From: Octopus sinensis
Taxonomy: Eukaryota
NCBI RefSeq assembly: GCF_006345805.1
Contig: NC_042998.1
Span: forward strand, 200,074,001-200,138,000
Length of the DNA stretch: 64,000 nt
Direction of reading: 5' to 3'
In this document: positions 25,365-38,369 of the stretch, piece by piece
Position numbering within the stretch: the stretch's first letter is position 1
Layout: the number at the start of each line of letters is the position of its first letter
Notes under the pieces: generated by a model
What the model was told of the DNA's origin: nothing
Databases searched by the model: none
Seen by the model: the letters and a program-made list of their open reading frames with translations, nothing else
Position numbers and translations under genes: made by a program

Positions 25365-25500
25365 GATATCGGAGTGGTCTTAGAGCAACGTGAGTTGAAG
25401 TGTTTTGCTCAAGGACATAATGCACCACCCGGTCTAGGAATTGAAATCATGACCTAGCGATCGTGAGTGCAAGACCTTAACCAGTAAGCGGTGCACCCTC
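25365..25500 (-). mobile_element. SINE family D head fragment, degraded
   Basis: GAGCAACGTGAGTTGAAGTGTTTTGCTCAAGGACA matches 51247-51280. Confidence 0.7.
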
Positions 25501-25934
25501 ATTTATATATATATTATATATATATATATGTGTGTGGTGTGTGTGTGTGTGTGCGTGCGTGCGTGTGTGTGGGCGTGCGCGCTTGGTGTATATGTATGAA
25601 ATTGACCAGGCACATTTCATTTGTTGTCGTTAATGAGAAGATATTGCAGTTTTTAGGCTCCATGTTCCAAATCACGAAACGAAGTAACTCAAAAAGCCAT
25701 AATACCCTTTTACACTTAGCATATACTTACGTTGATTTAATTTTCGCTGGATTTCCATCGGGTTAAATCAGCTAAGATGTGAAGGAAAATGGATTAGAAA
25801 ACATCTCTGTTGCGTGATATATACTTGATCCTGTAGACTCAAATATCAGTGGAAAACAAGTTGTAGCTTGTTTACTGGATAAATATCAAACATACTGGTT
25901 TGAAATTTTCGCACAACGACAAGAATTTCCCGGG

Positions 25935-26112
25935 AGCGGGTAAGTCGTTTATATGCGCCCCCAATTGCTCAACTGCCACTTATTTTACCAACCCTGAAAG
26001 AATGAAACGTAAAATCGACCTCGACAGAAATTGAGCCCAAGAACGTAATGGTAGACTAAATACCGCCAGGCATTTTGCCCAGAGCGGTAACAATCCTGCT
26101 AGCTCGGCGCCT
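25935..26112 (-). mobile_element. SINE family A, degraded
   Basis: Alignable to 49782-50014. Confidence 0.75.
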
Positions 26113-26929
26113 TTCTGAAATATCTAAAATATCGAATCATTACCAGCAAATACGAAAATGCTTGCTAAAATATTTCTAATTCCAGAATTGCTAAAAATTT
26201 TCCAACGTTAAATTTTTAGAAAAAAGTATATATATAATTGTTATCAAATGCATACAATTCTCCCTCGTGTTTGATATCCCTTCAGAGACGTAAGATTTTT
26301 ACAAAGTAGACTTTTAAGCCCTAGCAACGTATGAAATCTAGAAAATAATTACAGCTTTATCAACGACCCCACTTTCTAGCAGTCACTTCGATATTACGAA
26401 GTATATCATTTAAGAATCAGATTAACACCACATTTTTTACAAGTAGCATGTACTACACGTAAGGAATACGCTTCTCTTTTCTAATTCCTGCTATATTTGA
26501 TTAAATTGACGAAGACACACACAGATGCACATCATTTTTCGACTGTGTGTGTGACTATCTTTCAAACAATCTACCCTAATTTTAAATAACACATTATAAA
26601 AAGTAAAAAAAAATTATAATAATAAAGCCTGATATTTGCCTAAAGTAATTATTATGTATACTTCCTATCCTTTTCACAACAATCTTTAATTAAACATTCC
26701 ATTTTTGAAAACTATTTGTTTTCAAAATTATGAAATGACAATTTTCCATAAACTTTTTCACTACACTTTTTTGTCTTTTATTTCCCAACCCACTTAAGTG
26801 CTTTGTGAAATAAATCAAAAAACTGCTATTAAATATTGGCGTAGTGATATTTTAACCTTATATTTGCCAAGTTTTCTTTCATATGTTAAAACGTTATTGA
26901 CATATTAACAAGAACGATTTTAAATGACG

Positions 26930-27060
26930 TATGTATATATGTATGTACGTATGTATGTGCACATGCACCTATCTATCTGTCTATGTATGTATGTATGTAT
27001 GTATGTATGTATGTATGTATGTATGTATCTATCTATCTATCTATCAATCTATCTATGTAA

Positions 27061-27096
<36 letters not shown>

Positions 27097-27163
27097 ATAT
27101 CTATCTATTTATCTATCTACCTATCTATTTATCTGTCTATTTATCTATAAAATATGTATACAA

Positions 27164-27209
<46 letters not shown>

Positions 27210-27350
27210 GTATATATATAATATATATATATATAATATATATATATACATACATATATACATACATACGTACATTCATATATAAGTATACATGTATATA
27301 TACAAAGAGACAACGGAGGGATGTATGTGTGTATGTATATGTATATACGT
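26930..27350. repeat. (TATG)n/(TCTA)n/(TA)n compound microsatellite
   Basis: Direct reading. Confidence 0.95.
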
Positions 27351-27399
27351 ATGTATCTGCAGTCAATCGTCGCGAGAATATGACTCTTCATGGCTTTGA

Positions 27400-27690
27400 T
27401 ATGACTCGATAAGCTTTCTCTGTAATGGTTTTCTTTTTCGCTTGGGTTTGCCATTGAATAATCATCGAATCATTTCCATTTCATGTTTCTTTTTGCCGTA
27501 TCTTTTGATCTCAGGCCAGATCTTCCCAGGTTTCTTTTTTCTAACATCATTGAGAGTGAAGTATTTTCCTGGAGAGCCTATTACTATCCAGCCTGTGTAC
27601 GTGGCCCAACGTAAATTTCTACCAATGAAGATTTCCACCATAGGAGGCAGGCCAGAACGCCTTAGAATGTCTTAATTTCTGATCTCTTTA
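27400..27690 (-). mobile_element. RTE-clade LINE 3' fragment, decayed
   Basis: ILRRSGLPPMVEIFIGRNLRWA../DSNRLSRKILHSQ../KDTAKRNMKWK resembles the RTE motif EVLRR..LP.....LRW.GHV.RM...RLP..ILY...G.R..GRP..RYKD. Confidence 0.65.
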
Positions 27691-27730
27691 AACAGAGTAA
27701 TATGCATGATTCGTCGTGGCTATCTCATCA

Positions 27731-29153
27731 TACGTGCGTGCAACGTCTAATTGAGCTTTATAGGCTGTTCAGGTTTCAGCTCCATACAGAAAGAAAGAAA
27801 GACTATTACACCTTACATTTGACACGTATAGAAACATACCTGTTTTACCACAGTCCCTCATGCATCCTGGTAAATGAAGCACTAGCTCTGCACATACAAT
27901 GACGGCCTTTCATGTTCAGTAGTGATATTTTCTTCTATCAGTGGGAATTTATAGCCTCCACAGTTTGGTAAATGCATTCGGTTTTGCCCCTGTGTTTATT
28001 TCCCCGTAAATTGTCATTTGGCTGTTCAAAGATGACTACAAACGTAAGTAGTACCGATTTTCCAGAATTCGACAAAATTTGGTATCTTCCTATTTATTAT
28101 CAGGTAGCTTCAGAAAATAAGTTTAGACCCCCAAATGACGTTCATACTGTCATGGTTGCTACATTATTGGATGACACCCCAGGTTTAGCAACAGTGCAGA
28201 AGTGGGCACCTGAATTTAGAAAGAGGAGACAGAGTTTCGAATACGGTCTGGTCGTCCTGGCCGTCCTGCAGCTACCATCACCGAGGAAAGCATTGATGGT
28301 ATTCCCAACTTGGTGGTGGATGACATGTGTTTGAGTATAAATCAGATAACCAATGCTATCATTATATCCTGTGAGAGAGTTGAATATATTCTGCACAACG
28401 AGAATGAAATGATGAAGGTTTCTGCTCAGTGGGTATCACGACTTCTGATACGCTATAAAAAGACGTATCAGGCTCATCACATCATGGGAAAATATGAATT
28501 TGTTTCAGGCAGATCCAGCTGGTTTCCGTGAACGCTTCCTAAGCCAAGTGAAGACAAGGAAACAATCCATGCTGTGGAAACACCCCTCCTCACCTACTCC
28601 ATAAAAAGCTAAGGTCGCTTCATCTGCAGGTAGGTTGACGGCGCAGGTTTTCGAGAAGCAAAAGTCATTGTACTTATTAATCATCTTCAAAAGGGCCACA
28701 TCATCATCGTAGAATACCATGCCAATTTGCAGAGGCATTTACAAAATGCTATCAAAAACAAACACCCAAGAAATGGGGCTTGTTTCATGAGGTCAGTGCC
28801 CCAACACTCAAGTCCTTGTTTTCAACGACTGCCCTACGTGAGTGTGGCTTTGTACTAGTTGAGCACCCTCGCTGTTCTCCTAATTGGGCCCTATCTTTCT
28901 ATCATCTTTTCCCAAAACATGAAGAAATGCCTGTAAAGAGAAGCAGTATCACAGTGGTGACGTCATATATGCTGTTGGTGACGTTTTTGACTTACGGGAT
29001 GAATTCTCCTTCACCGGAGGAACCGACGCACTGCGACATTGGTGAATAGTGTATGTGTAACGCAATGGTGACCATGTGGGAAAATAAACCTAATTTGGTT
29101 TCATTCCATTTGAGTATCTTGGTCATCCTATGAACTTTCAGACGACCCTTGTA
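27731..29153 (+). mobile_element. Full-length mariner fossil (~1.42 kb) with degenerate TIRs and flanking TA
   Basis: ATVQKWAPEFRK; ILHNE.EMMKVSAQWVSRLL (WVPxxL); HPRCSPNWALSFYHLF (HPPYSPDLAP.D). Right TIR CCTATGAACTTTCAGACGACCCTTG-TA; left TA-CGTGCGTGCAACGTCTAATTGAGCTTTATAGG. Multiple stops and frameshifts. Confidence 0.88.
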
Positions 29154-31027
29154 TGTACATGCCAACGATTTGAAATATAAACGTAACATAAAATCAGTCG
29201 TTCATCACTCAATAAGTAATCCCGACTAGTATAATTCGCTGTCAGCATCATAAAGACCCTTGAGACGATAATAGATTCATATGTTCTATATTGCTTAAAA
29301 CGTTTAGATAGCACGAAATTTAGGGCCCCAAATTCCGTAGCAGGTAACAAATTTAAAGTCTACTTACAGACTAGTCTCACATGATGGGTTGTGAAATATT
29401 ACATGTAATTTTAGGCAATCCTTATTATCAGTGTTATGACACGTTAGCTTCAAAGAAAGGGACACAAAAATTTGAAAATCAGTTAAGCACAGTATTTCCT
29501 TTATGTTTTTATAAAGCGGTATTTTCAGTGGAATACAGGTTTAATAGATCAGGTCAAGAACAGAATGTTCTCTAGTACTTAGTTTAGCGATGTGGAAGTG
29601 ACTGATAGAATTTAGAATTCAAAATTAGAATGGCGTAGACAAAATAAGTTCTTGCTTTTAATTCAGCAATGAAATATGAGTGTAAAAAGAATATTTTGGA
29701 AATCCCGAGTGCCGGATAGTTGGAGTTTGTTCTCCACACAAGAAAATTGCAGAATTAGGATAACTTTTAGTGACTATTACGTCTTTGTCCTGCCTTAGCA
29801 ATAATGTCTTACGTAAAATATAATATTCAAACGAACTGTGAATTATTCTTATTCTCACAGAAGGTTTGCGGTTGCTTAGCTCCTTGCTTTTCAATGTATA
29901 CACCTACGGTACCAAACACTAGTGCATAATCACAAGCGCATGCAAAAACACTTACAAATGCGCAGACACAGATTTTCACATAAATTTAGAAGTACAAGCG
30001 CCGGTGGACTCATGGAAATACTCAAACACTAATATATGCAAAATATATTTTGCATCTTTAGGCGAAAACGGGATAAACTCAGTTTTAAATTGAAAAAAAA
30101 ACAAACAATATCAAATGCATCATATATTGTGCGGTCTTCTCTCGTTCAAAAGAGAGAAATCAAAATACATGTATCCATACATATACATATATATATACAC
30201 CCACACCCACCCACAGACACACAATACACACTGATACTCCCCACAAGATATACACCTCCACACAAACAAATACAGTGCACACATACACACGAACACTCAC
30301 ACACAGATACACTTGCGAATAAACACACTAACGTACAAGTGAACATACTAGTTATGCATGTAAGTAGGCTAGACTTTAAAATGCAGCCAATACCATTATA
30401 ATTCATATAGAATGGTTATATATTCAAGACGTGTCATTGGTACGTTTCTCTATCCTGGTATAGAGACCCAAGTCTTCTCACCAAAATCTACCCAAGATTT
30501 GTAACCAGATACCAACCTGGTTACAGATGTTGAAATACCATTGACAATATTTTCGATTGCGATTGATAAATACAAATAGTGTGAGACGTTAAAGTGGGTG
30601 CTTTTGACAACAAATGTACTTTCCAACAACCTTCTCAGAGTTATCGAGGCTTACATTGAAACATTTCATTCTTTTCAACTCATGGAAAGGACAGCAAGAA
30701 CAGATGTAATGTTGCTATATTTTAAATTAAAGTTTCTTCCAAATATGCTAACGTTCAATCATATATATTTTAATACCACCTTTTCATAAATTCGTTCGTT
30801 CATACTTATGATGAAAGCAATTCGTTCTCAACACAACTAAATATACACACACAGATTAACAAGTATGTATGTGTTTATGTACATATTTTGGTATAGGAGA
30901 TGGTCTAAAATTGAGAGACATAAAAATATTTTGAGATATTTAGTCCCTTGCAATGTGCAACCCTTCACACAAACGTTCACTTGCGTGAGTTCTTTGAACG
31001 GGAAGAAATATGTACATATTACATCAA

Positions 31028-31225
31028 GTCGGTGAGCAGGCAAAATCGATAGCATACCGGACAAACTGCTTGCTGGAATTTCCTTAGTACTTACATTCTG
31101 AATTTGAATCCAGCCGAGATCGTCATTGGCTTTCATCAATCGAGGTCAATAAAACAACTGTCATTTCAATAGAGGATTGGCTCCCTCCCACAAAGCTTGA
31201 GGCCCTGTGCTTGTATTAGAAACGA
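31028..31225 (+). mobile_element. SINE family A, heavily degraded
   Basis: GGTGAGCAGGCAAAATCGATAGCATACCGG...GCTTTCATC. Confidence 0.6.
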
Positions 31226-31409
31226 TATTACATAAAGTACTTGGTTTGTCGAAAAAGATATTTGAATATGGTGCGTATACATGGCTGCAGGACAACAGAA
31301 GATGTAAGAAAAAATTTTAAATGAATAGAAAAATATTAAATAAATACACAAGCAGAGAGATACGCAGCAGACATATAGCGAGATGTACAGACGCATGTAA
31401 GGCTACCTC

Positions 31410-31414
31410 TCTAC

Positions 31415-31505
<91 letters not shown>

Positions 31506-31550
31506 CCTATCTATCTATATATATATATATATATCCATATCTATCTATCT
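31410..31550. repeat. (TCTA)n microsatellite
   Basis: Direct reading. Confidence 0.95.
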
Positions 31551-31771
31551 GGCATCATGTTTTTATTTTGATCAATTTACTCCACCACCTACACCACCAA
31601 ACGGTATACACAGGTGCTTATAATTATCAAGTACTCACCCCGAATTTCTATATATATATAATATATATATATACTTCATCCGGGCGCGTGCGGTTATACA
31701 CACACAAACACATGCACAAATATTTATGTATACATATATATACGTAGACACATATATGCTTGTATGTTCAT

Positions 31772-31829
<58 letters not shown>

Positions 31830-32280
31830 TCGCACATACACAAACACACAAACACCACGACGACGACCACCACTACCACCAAGAGACAAATAATGTATAA
31901 AACTGAAAATAATTTTTTGAGTCAAACGGATTAAGACGTCAAAGAAACAGGTTACAAATATTACCCGCTGCGAAATCACCACAAATGGACCATGTGATTG
32001 ACTGACAATGCTCAGACATGAACATATTTGCATTTTCTCAGCTGATAGTAAATAACAGCTTCTAGCATTTCAAAGAGGTTACGCGTACGTATTACATTTG
32101 ATGTGTGTGTGTATGAGGGGGGGGTTGTTCCGTATATGTGTGGATGTGGGGGACAGGTACGTGTGCGTGTGTGTGTGTGTACATGTGTCTGCGTGCACGC
32201 CCCCTGTCACTTTGTAAATTTATCTTTACAAATTTTGCATAGGAATTAGAGCCAACACTGAAAGTTACGGCATTTCGTAT

Positions 32281-32493
32281 ACTCTTTTACTCTTTTACTT
32301 GTTTCAGTCATTTGACTGCAGCCAGGCTGGAGCGCCGCCTTTAGTCGAGCAACTCGACCCCGGGACTTATTCTTTTGTAAGCCCAGTACTTATTCTATCG
32401 GTCTCTTTTGCCGAACCGCTAAGTAACGGGGACGTAAGCACACCAGCATCGGTTGTCAAGCAATGCTAGGGGGACAAACACAGACACACAAAC

Positions 32494-32569
<76 letters not shown>

Positions 32570-32734
32570 CACGACAGTCTTCGTTCAGTTTCCGTCTACC
32601 AAATCCCCTCACAAGGCATTGGTCGGCCCGGGGCTATAGCAGAAGACATTTGCCCAAGATGCCACACACTGCGATTGAACCCGGAACCATGTGGTTGGTA
32701 AGCAAGCTACTTACCACACAGCCACTCCTGCGCC
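32281..32734 (-). mobile_element. SINE family B, near intact
   Basis: Full head-to-tail match to the other copies; (AGTAAAAG)n tail. Confidence 0.93.
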
Positions 32735-33019
32735 TATGTAAACAACGCCATCGAAGAAAGAGAAATAGATGATAATTGTATGTGTATATTTCAGGAGTTC
32801 ATGGTCCTCCTTCAGTACTACACCCAACTCATGAACCGTCCACGAACGCATTGATAAAACAGCGTAACACAATTGGATATATCAGTTTTACATATTAAAC
32901 GCATTCTTGGTAACTGCAAAGTAAATATTACTTGCATGTTGGGGCACCATTTGTCCTTTTGCAATGGTGTATGCAACTGGCTAAATTATAAAAAAAAATA
33001 TTAATCGATAGAAAGCCAC

Positions 33020-33329
33020 CCTTCAGTCAAGAGTAGTTAAGGGATTACACTTAAAAAGTTACCTTCCGCGGTACAAATCCGGGTAAGGTTTTTTTATGGA
33101 AAATCTGCAGTCGCCCATACATACCAACCTTCCTTCCCACGCCACCGATGTTATCCAAGATACAACTTGGCACCAGTGACATCGCAACTCATTTCTACAG
33201 CTGAGTGAACTGCAGAAACGTGAAATAAAGTGTCTTGCTCAAGAATCCAACACAGACCCCGGTCCGCGATTCGAACTCACTGCCTCATGATTGTGAAGCC
33301 GTCGTTGTAGCCATTGAGCCATGCGCCTT
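33020..33329 (-). mobile_element. SINE family D (tRNA head plus CORE-like block)
   Basis: Alignable along its length to 51022-51359. Confidence 0.85.
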
Positions 33330-33692
33330 AAGCACTCTGAAAACCGAAAAGAAAACTTTTGATTGAACTGTAAGCAATAACAAGACTCGCCACTACAACT
33401 TACAAAATCTTCTAGCAATTCCTTTCAAAAAGCCCCCACTTTAGAGATGTCATTACTTTCTATCATCTGAAATCCACCCCGCTACGCATCTAACTTCCAG
33501 ACTTACAGACCTCAGATCTCATTATTATTTCATATAGCAATAGGTACCATAGGAACCAAACATACCAAACACTCTATGAAATTCCGAAGAAACAAAGAAT
33601 ACTGTCTGACTAATGCCCGCAGACTGATACTATGAAGACGCCCTCAACACCTCTTCTTATGAACGTTATATAAACAATTCTCTACATAAAGT

Positions 33693-33850
33693 AGTGGCCA
33701 TGTGGTAAGTAGCTTGCTTACCAACCACATGGTTCCGTGTTCAGTCCCACTGCGTGGCACCTTGGGCAAGTTTCTTCTACTATAGCCTCAGGCCGACGAA
33801 AACCTTCAGAGTAGATTTAGTAGACGTAAACTGAAAGATGCTTGTCGTTA

Positions 33851-33918
<68 letters not shown>

Positions 33919-34074
33919 TATATGCGTGTGTGTGTTTGTGTGTATGTGTGTGTGTGTTTGTCCCTTCCCCAACATCGCTTGTCAATCGATGCTGGTGTGT
34001 TTACATTCCCGTAACTTAGCCGTTCGGCAAAAGAGACCGATAGAATAAGTACTAGGCTTATAAAGAATAAGTCT
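33693..34074 (+). mobile_element. SINE family B, 3' end truncated
   Basis: TGTGGTAAGTAGCTTGCTTACCAACCACATGGTTCCG...; stops at GAATAAGTC, where the maT element begins. Confidence 0.9.
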
Positions 34075-34075
34075 T

Positions 34076-34797
34076 GAAATACTAAAGAGTAAAATTATTC
34101 AATAAAATCGCCATCGGCTTCAAGTACATCCTCCAGATGATTCCGTAATGTCCTGCAACTGTTCTGCACGATCTCCTTATTTAATTTGGTGAATGCTGCC
34201 ATAATCCTTGCCTTCAGTTTATCTTTGGTGTTTCAAGAAGTTTTGTTGGTCTCTCGCTCCATAGTATATCGCACATGATAACCAAAGGGGTTGCAGTCTG
34301 GGAAGTTAGGTGACCAGATGTGAAAGGAGGTGTTGTCGCAGAAATTGCCTGACAGACATGACTGGGCTTTCCTACGTGTGTGGCATAGAGCAGAGTCCTG
34401 TTGCCAGGTAGAGGGCCTTCCAGCAGCAACCCTCTTGACTCAGGACAGCACAACCCCTCCAGGAACATGACGTAGGCCCCTGTGTTGAGTGTGGGGCTGT
34501 GATGGAATATGATTGGAGGCACAATGTTGCTATCACTAGTGATTACTCTAAACACCATGATGCTGACTGGATATTTGATTTTTATCACTCCTTATATATG
34601 CCCTCACATTGTACTGTGCTCAGTGCGAATGCCAAGCATTACATGTCGTTTCCAATTTTCTGACAGAGCGAAATGCGTCATGATTCTGTTTTTATTTACC
34701 CAGACGGTCCCCAGCTGACACTACTATACTGTGTGTTCGACAAACTATGCACATCTGCGAAATTAATGGCGACAATTTACCTCCAACACACCCTTTA
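34076..34797 (-). mobile_element. maT-type (DD37D) Tc1/mariner element, probably internally deleted
   Basis: WQQDSALCH...WSPNFPDCNPF(G/D)Y gives 37 residues between the second and third catalytic positions (D retained in the 11289 copy). A short N-terminus-like MTHFALSENWKRHVMLGIR and a TA-AAGGGTGTG end lie upstream. Confidence 0.8.
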
Positions 34798-35399
34798 TAT
34801 ATATACACGCATTGGTACATAAGCACAACACTATGTTTATGTATGTATATTGTAGAATTTATTAACAGGTAATAGCATGAAATAAAATGCTTAACTCAGT
34901 ATATTCGTATATAAAATATTTCTATCGATATACGACCAATATTCAAAGCATTTCAGTAAAACTCAGTTTACTACCTTTATTACGGGCTTTAATAGTAACT
35001 GTTTCAAATATTTCATAACCGATGTCATCGCACTCTATGTATTATATTAAATATTCACCAGCCGTCCTTGAATGGTTTGGCTCTGGTTCCGCTAAGAGAA
35101 AATTAAATTGTATTCAGAACGGCAATAATTTATTAGTACAAGACTGAATTACATTGACACCGGTAAGTATTACGTTTTTCAGTGTAAAGCAACTCCTTGT
35201 ATCAATAAATTTAGACTTAGATATACCGAACGCATATGTAATATACATATAACCGTACAAATGCGTGCGTATATATACAGACACAGCCATATAACTGCTA
35301 ACACAAATACACCTGTATACATATATACTCAAAACAACATGGATCAATGGGAGTGGAATATTAGGAAACATTGACGTTAGAGAGAACAAATATTGCTTT

Positions 35400-35862
35400 A
35401 AAATTTTAGCACAAGGCCAGCAATTTCGGGGCAGGGAATAAGTTGGTTACCTCAACCCCAGCATTGAACTGGTACTTATTTTAAGGCGGCGAGCTGGCAG
35501 AAACGTTAGCACGCCGGGCGAAATGCTTAGCGGTATTTCGTCTGCGTTACGTTGTGAGTTCAAATTCCGCCGAGGTTGACTTTGCCTTTCATCCTTTCGG
35601 AGTCGACAAATTAAGTACCAGTTACGCACTGGGGTCGACGAATGCGATTTAATACCTATGTCTGTCCTTGTTCGTCCCCTCTGTGTAACTTGTGTAACTT
35701 GTGTAACAATTTAACTTGTGGGTAATAAAGAAATAGGTACTTATTTTATCGACTCGGAAATGATGAATGGCGAAGTCGAATTTGAATTCAGAACGTAAAG
35801 ACGGACGAAATACCAGTGAACGTTTTGTTCGGCGTGATGACAATCCTGCCTGCTCACCGCCT
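35400..35862 (-). mobile_element. Older SINE family A copy (host of a nested insertion)
   Basis: The two halves rejoin as GAACTGGTACTTATTTTATCGAC once the inner copy is removed. Confidence 0.8.
35484..35735 (+). mobile_element. Young SINE family A copy with 13-bp TSD
   Basis: TSD GGTACTTATTTTA at 35471-35483 and 35736-35748. Confidence 0.95.
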
Positions 35863-36475
35863 TTGTGGTAACTGATATTATTAACAGGTTCATGCTATGA
35901 ATTTCATGCTTAGGAAAAGAAATGGAATCTTCTTACTGGCCGTTTAGTACCCGCTTCTTAGCATTAAAAGATAGATCATTTGTGACGATGTACTAACATC
36001 TATATAAAGCAGTCATAAATTAATATATCTCCGTAGTGGAGACCTAATTTGAATATTTGTGATTTGGGTAGAGGAAGACATATTCCCTGTCATAGAGCAA
36101 AGACTTATACACTAAGAAAATTTAATCGTAAAAAGGCAGTAGCTATCACAGTTGGAACTGGTGAGTTCATAATAGTGAAAGAGTGTGAAGACGACTTCGC
36201 TGAATGCGAAGAGCAAAAAGGAAATCAAGTAAAGGCGAAGAAACAATCTTATTAAACTTGAATGAAGCGAGAAATAGGGAAAAATAGGAGATTACCAACA
36301 CTGAGAGGAATCCAAATAGGAACTATTAACTAAATTCTGCATCGACAATGTAAGGAATATATGGCATCTTATATACTGCTTGGAATCTGTCGGTGTGGCA
36401 ACTCTTGCACCTAAAACAGAAAGACAAGGGACGAAGCTCTATGGCGGGAAGGAAGGCTAGAGAACCAGATTAAAC

Positions 36476-36551
36476 AAGAATGTTCTCTGGATAATTCAGC
36501 AAACAGCGCTTATGATCTGGTGTTTGCTGAATTTCTCGAGAGAACATTCTT
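36476..36551 (+). ncRNA. Candidate pre-miRNA-like hairpin (unverified)
   Basis: Two perfect 13-bp stems (36476-88/36539-51 and 36493-505/36521-33), a short imperfect centre and a 15-nt loop. No match to a miRNA family I recognise. Confidence 0.35.
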
Positions 36552-38369
36552 TTCTTTGAGGTTAGAACGTAGGTGATCTTCTTCTTGCATATTTGATGTC
36601 CACTTAGTGGTCATCCCTCCTTATACGCATATATAAATATATATATATAATTTACAAGATAAGGGCAGAAGAAAAATTCTAAAGCCAGATACGCCGAAAC
36701 AATAAATTGTCGATAACCATTAAATGTATGCGTCTCGAAACAAACCGATAGAAATCTCTAAAAAATTCGTTATTACCGAATTGTTCCAATGCTGGCCATT
36801 GATAAAAATTTTTTCCCGAAAAAAATTTTATTCTATATCAATTATATATATATATATATATACATACATATGTATATATATATGTATGTATGTATTCAGT
36901 TCTACTTACTTATTTGTCTATTAGTGTTTCTACATATAACTCTAAGGCGTATATTCTATATTATTTGCTGTGATTTCCCCCTCCCCCTGTAGAATGGAAG
37001 CTGGTCATTAACAATGGACTATATATATATATATATATATACGTACACACACATACTTTTATATATATGTGTATGGATGTCTGTAAGTTAAGGTGTATGT
37101 GCAGATATATTGTTTCTATTTACTTAACAATGGAAATATCTTTGTTTCCCAAGCAGCTTTCTTAAATAATCCTTTTTCCGATTCTCTTTTCTCTATGTCA
37201 ACCGAAGAGAAAAGTTGATATTATGCCAGTTTCGTTGTAGATTAGAAATGGCATTAGGACCGAAACTAAACGGTGAGTTTGGAATATATTTACAAAAGAA
37301 CGGACGAGAATAACAGCTCTATATGTAATTCCGTCATGAGCATGGAATGTAACTCGGTATATTGGGAAATCGATATCGTAGGATTTCTCGCAATATGTCA
37401 CCAGAGCTGTTGGTATTCTTCAGCCTTTCATGTGTTCAGAAATGAATGATGCTTGAAATGTCCTTCACGTAATCATGATAAACTTTTGGTTGATTTTATC
37501 ATCTGACTTTTGCAGTCACATCATTACTGATTGGAAAGGCGTTCGAAATAAGGAACTGAAATAGTGGGAACAAGTAAAAAGAAAACTGTTGCTGTTAAAA
37601 ACAGAAGCAAGAAACCACAATGCAACACATCAAGAGAAAATTACACGGAAGACCTTATAATTTGGTCTTAATAATAAACTAGGAACTAATGTATAACAAA
37701 TTATACGGGTTTCGTAATAGTTGATGGTATGTGTATGCGCAACTATCATTAATGTAATATTTCGATTTGTGCTGAATAGAATTTCAAAATACTTAAATAG
37801 CAGGATATATTGAGGCTTTACGATGGACACAAACATTCATATCAATATTGGTTAGTGCGGAGATATTGCATATAGCTTTCTGTAAACTACAATACAGTGC
37901 AAAGGATATTAAACTTTACAAGTTAGATTTTGTATTAGTTCACATTGTATGATCAAACAGAGTACTGTTACTTCTGACTTGCTAGAGCTAACAACCGACC
38001 CCTCTCTTAAAAGCATATGCTACCTTTTTGAAATCAAAATAATTTCCATTCATAATGATCTATTATATAACGTTTCATGATGCTTCAAAACGACAAGAGA
38101 CGAGAGGGTAAATCATCAATAAAATGAAGGCGACACACCTTACGTTGATATGATCGCAAATGCCAGAGAAAAAACGTTGCTACTACAGATGTTTTCTCTC
38201 CATTATTGCGATTTTAATCTATTTATATATTGCTGCTGCTGCAAATGAGTCATTTATAAGGGTTACTATGATATGGAATTCGTGAAATCTATGAACTGAT
38301 GACAAGTAATTCAAACCTGAATAATGGACTGCAATATCCAGTTAGATAACTTTATGGATCCTGTTTCAT

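Noticed and set aside
27515-27610. Strong plus-strand acceptor and open frame PDLPRFLFSNIIESEVFSWRAYYYPACVRGP
   Set aside because: It is the antisense of a decayed RTE LINE 3' end; this shows how easily exon-like signals arise here.
32795-32854. Exon-like EFMVLLQYYTQLMNRPRTH*, reminiscent of NPY/NPF (YY...RPR)
   Set aside because: The spacing is one residue too long, and the F-amide-GKR ending and signal-peptide exon are absent.
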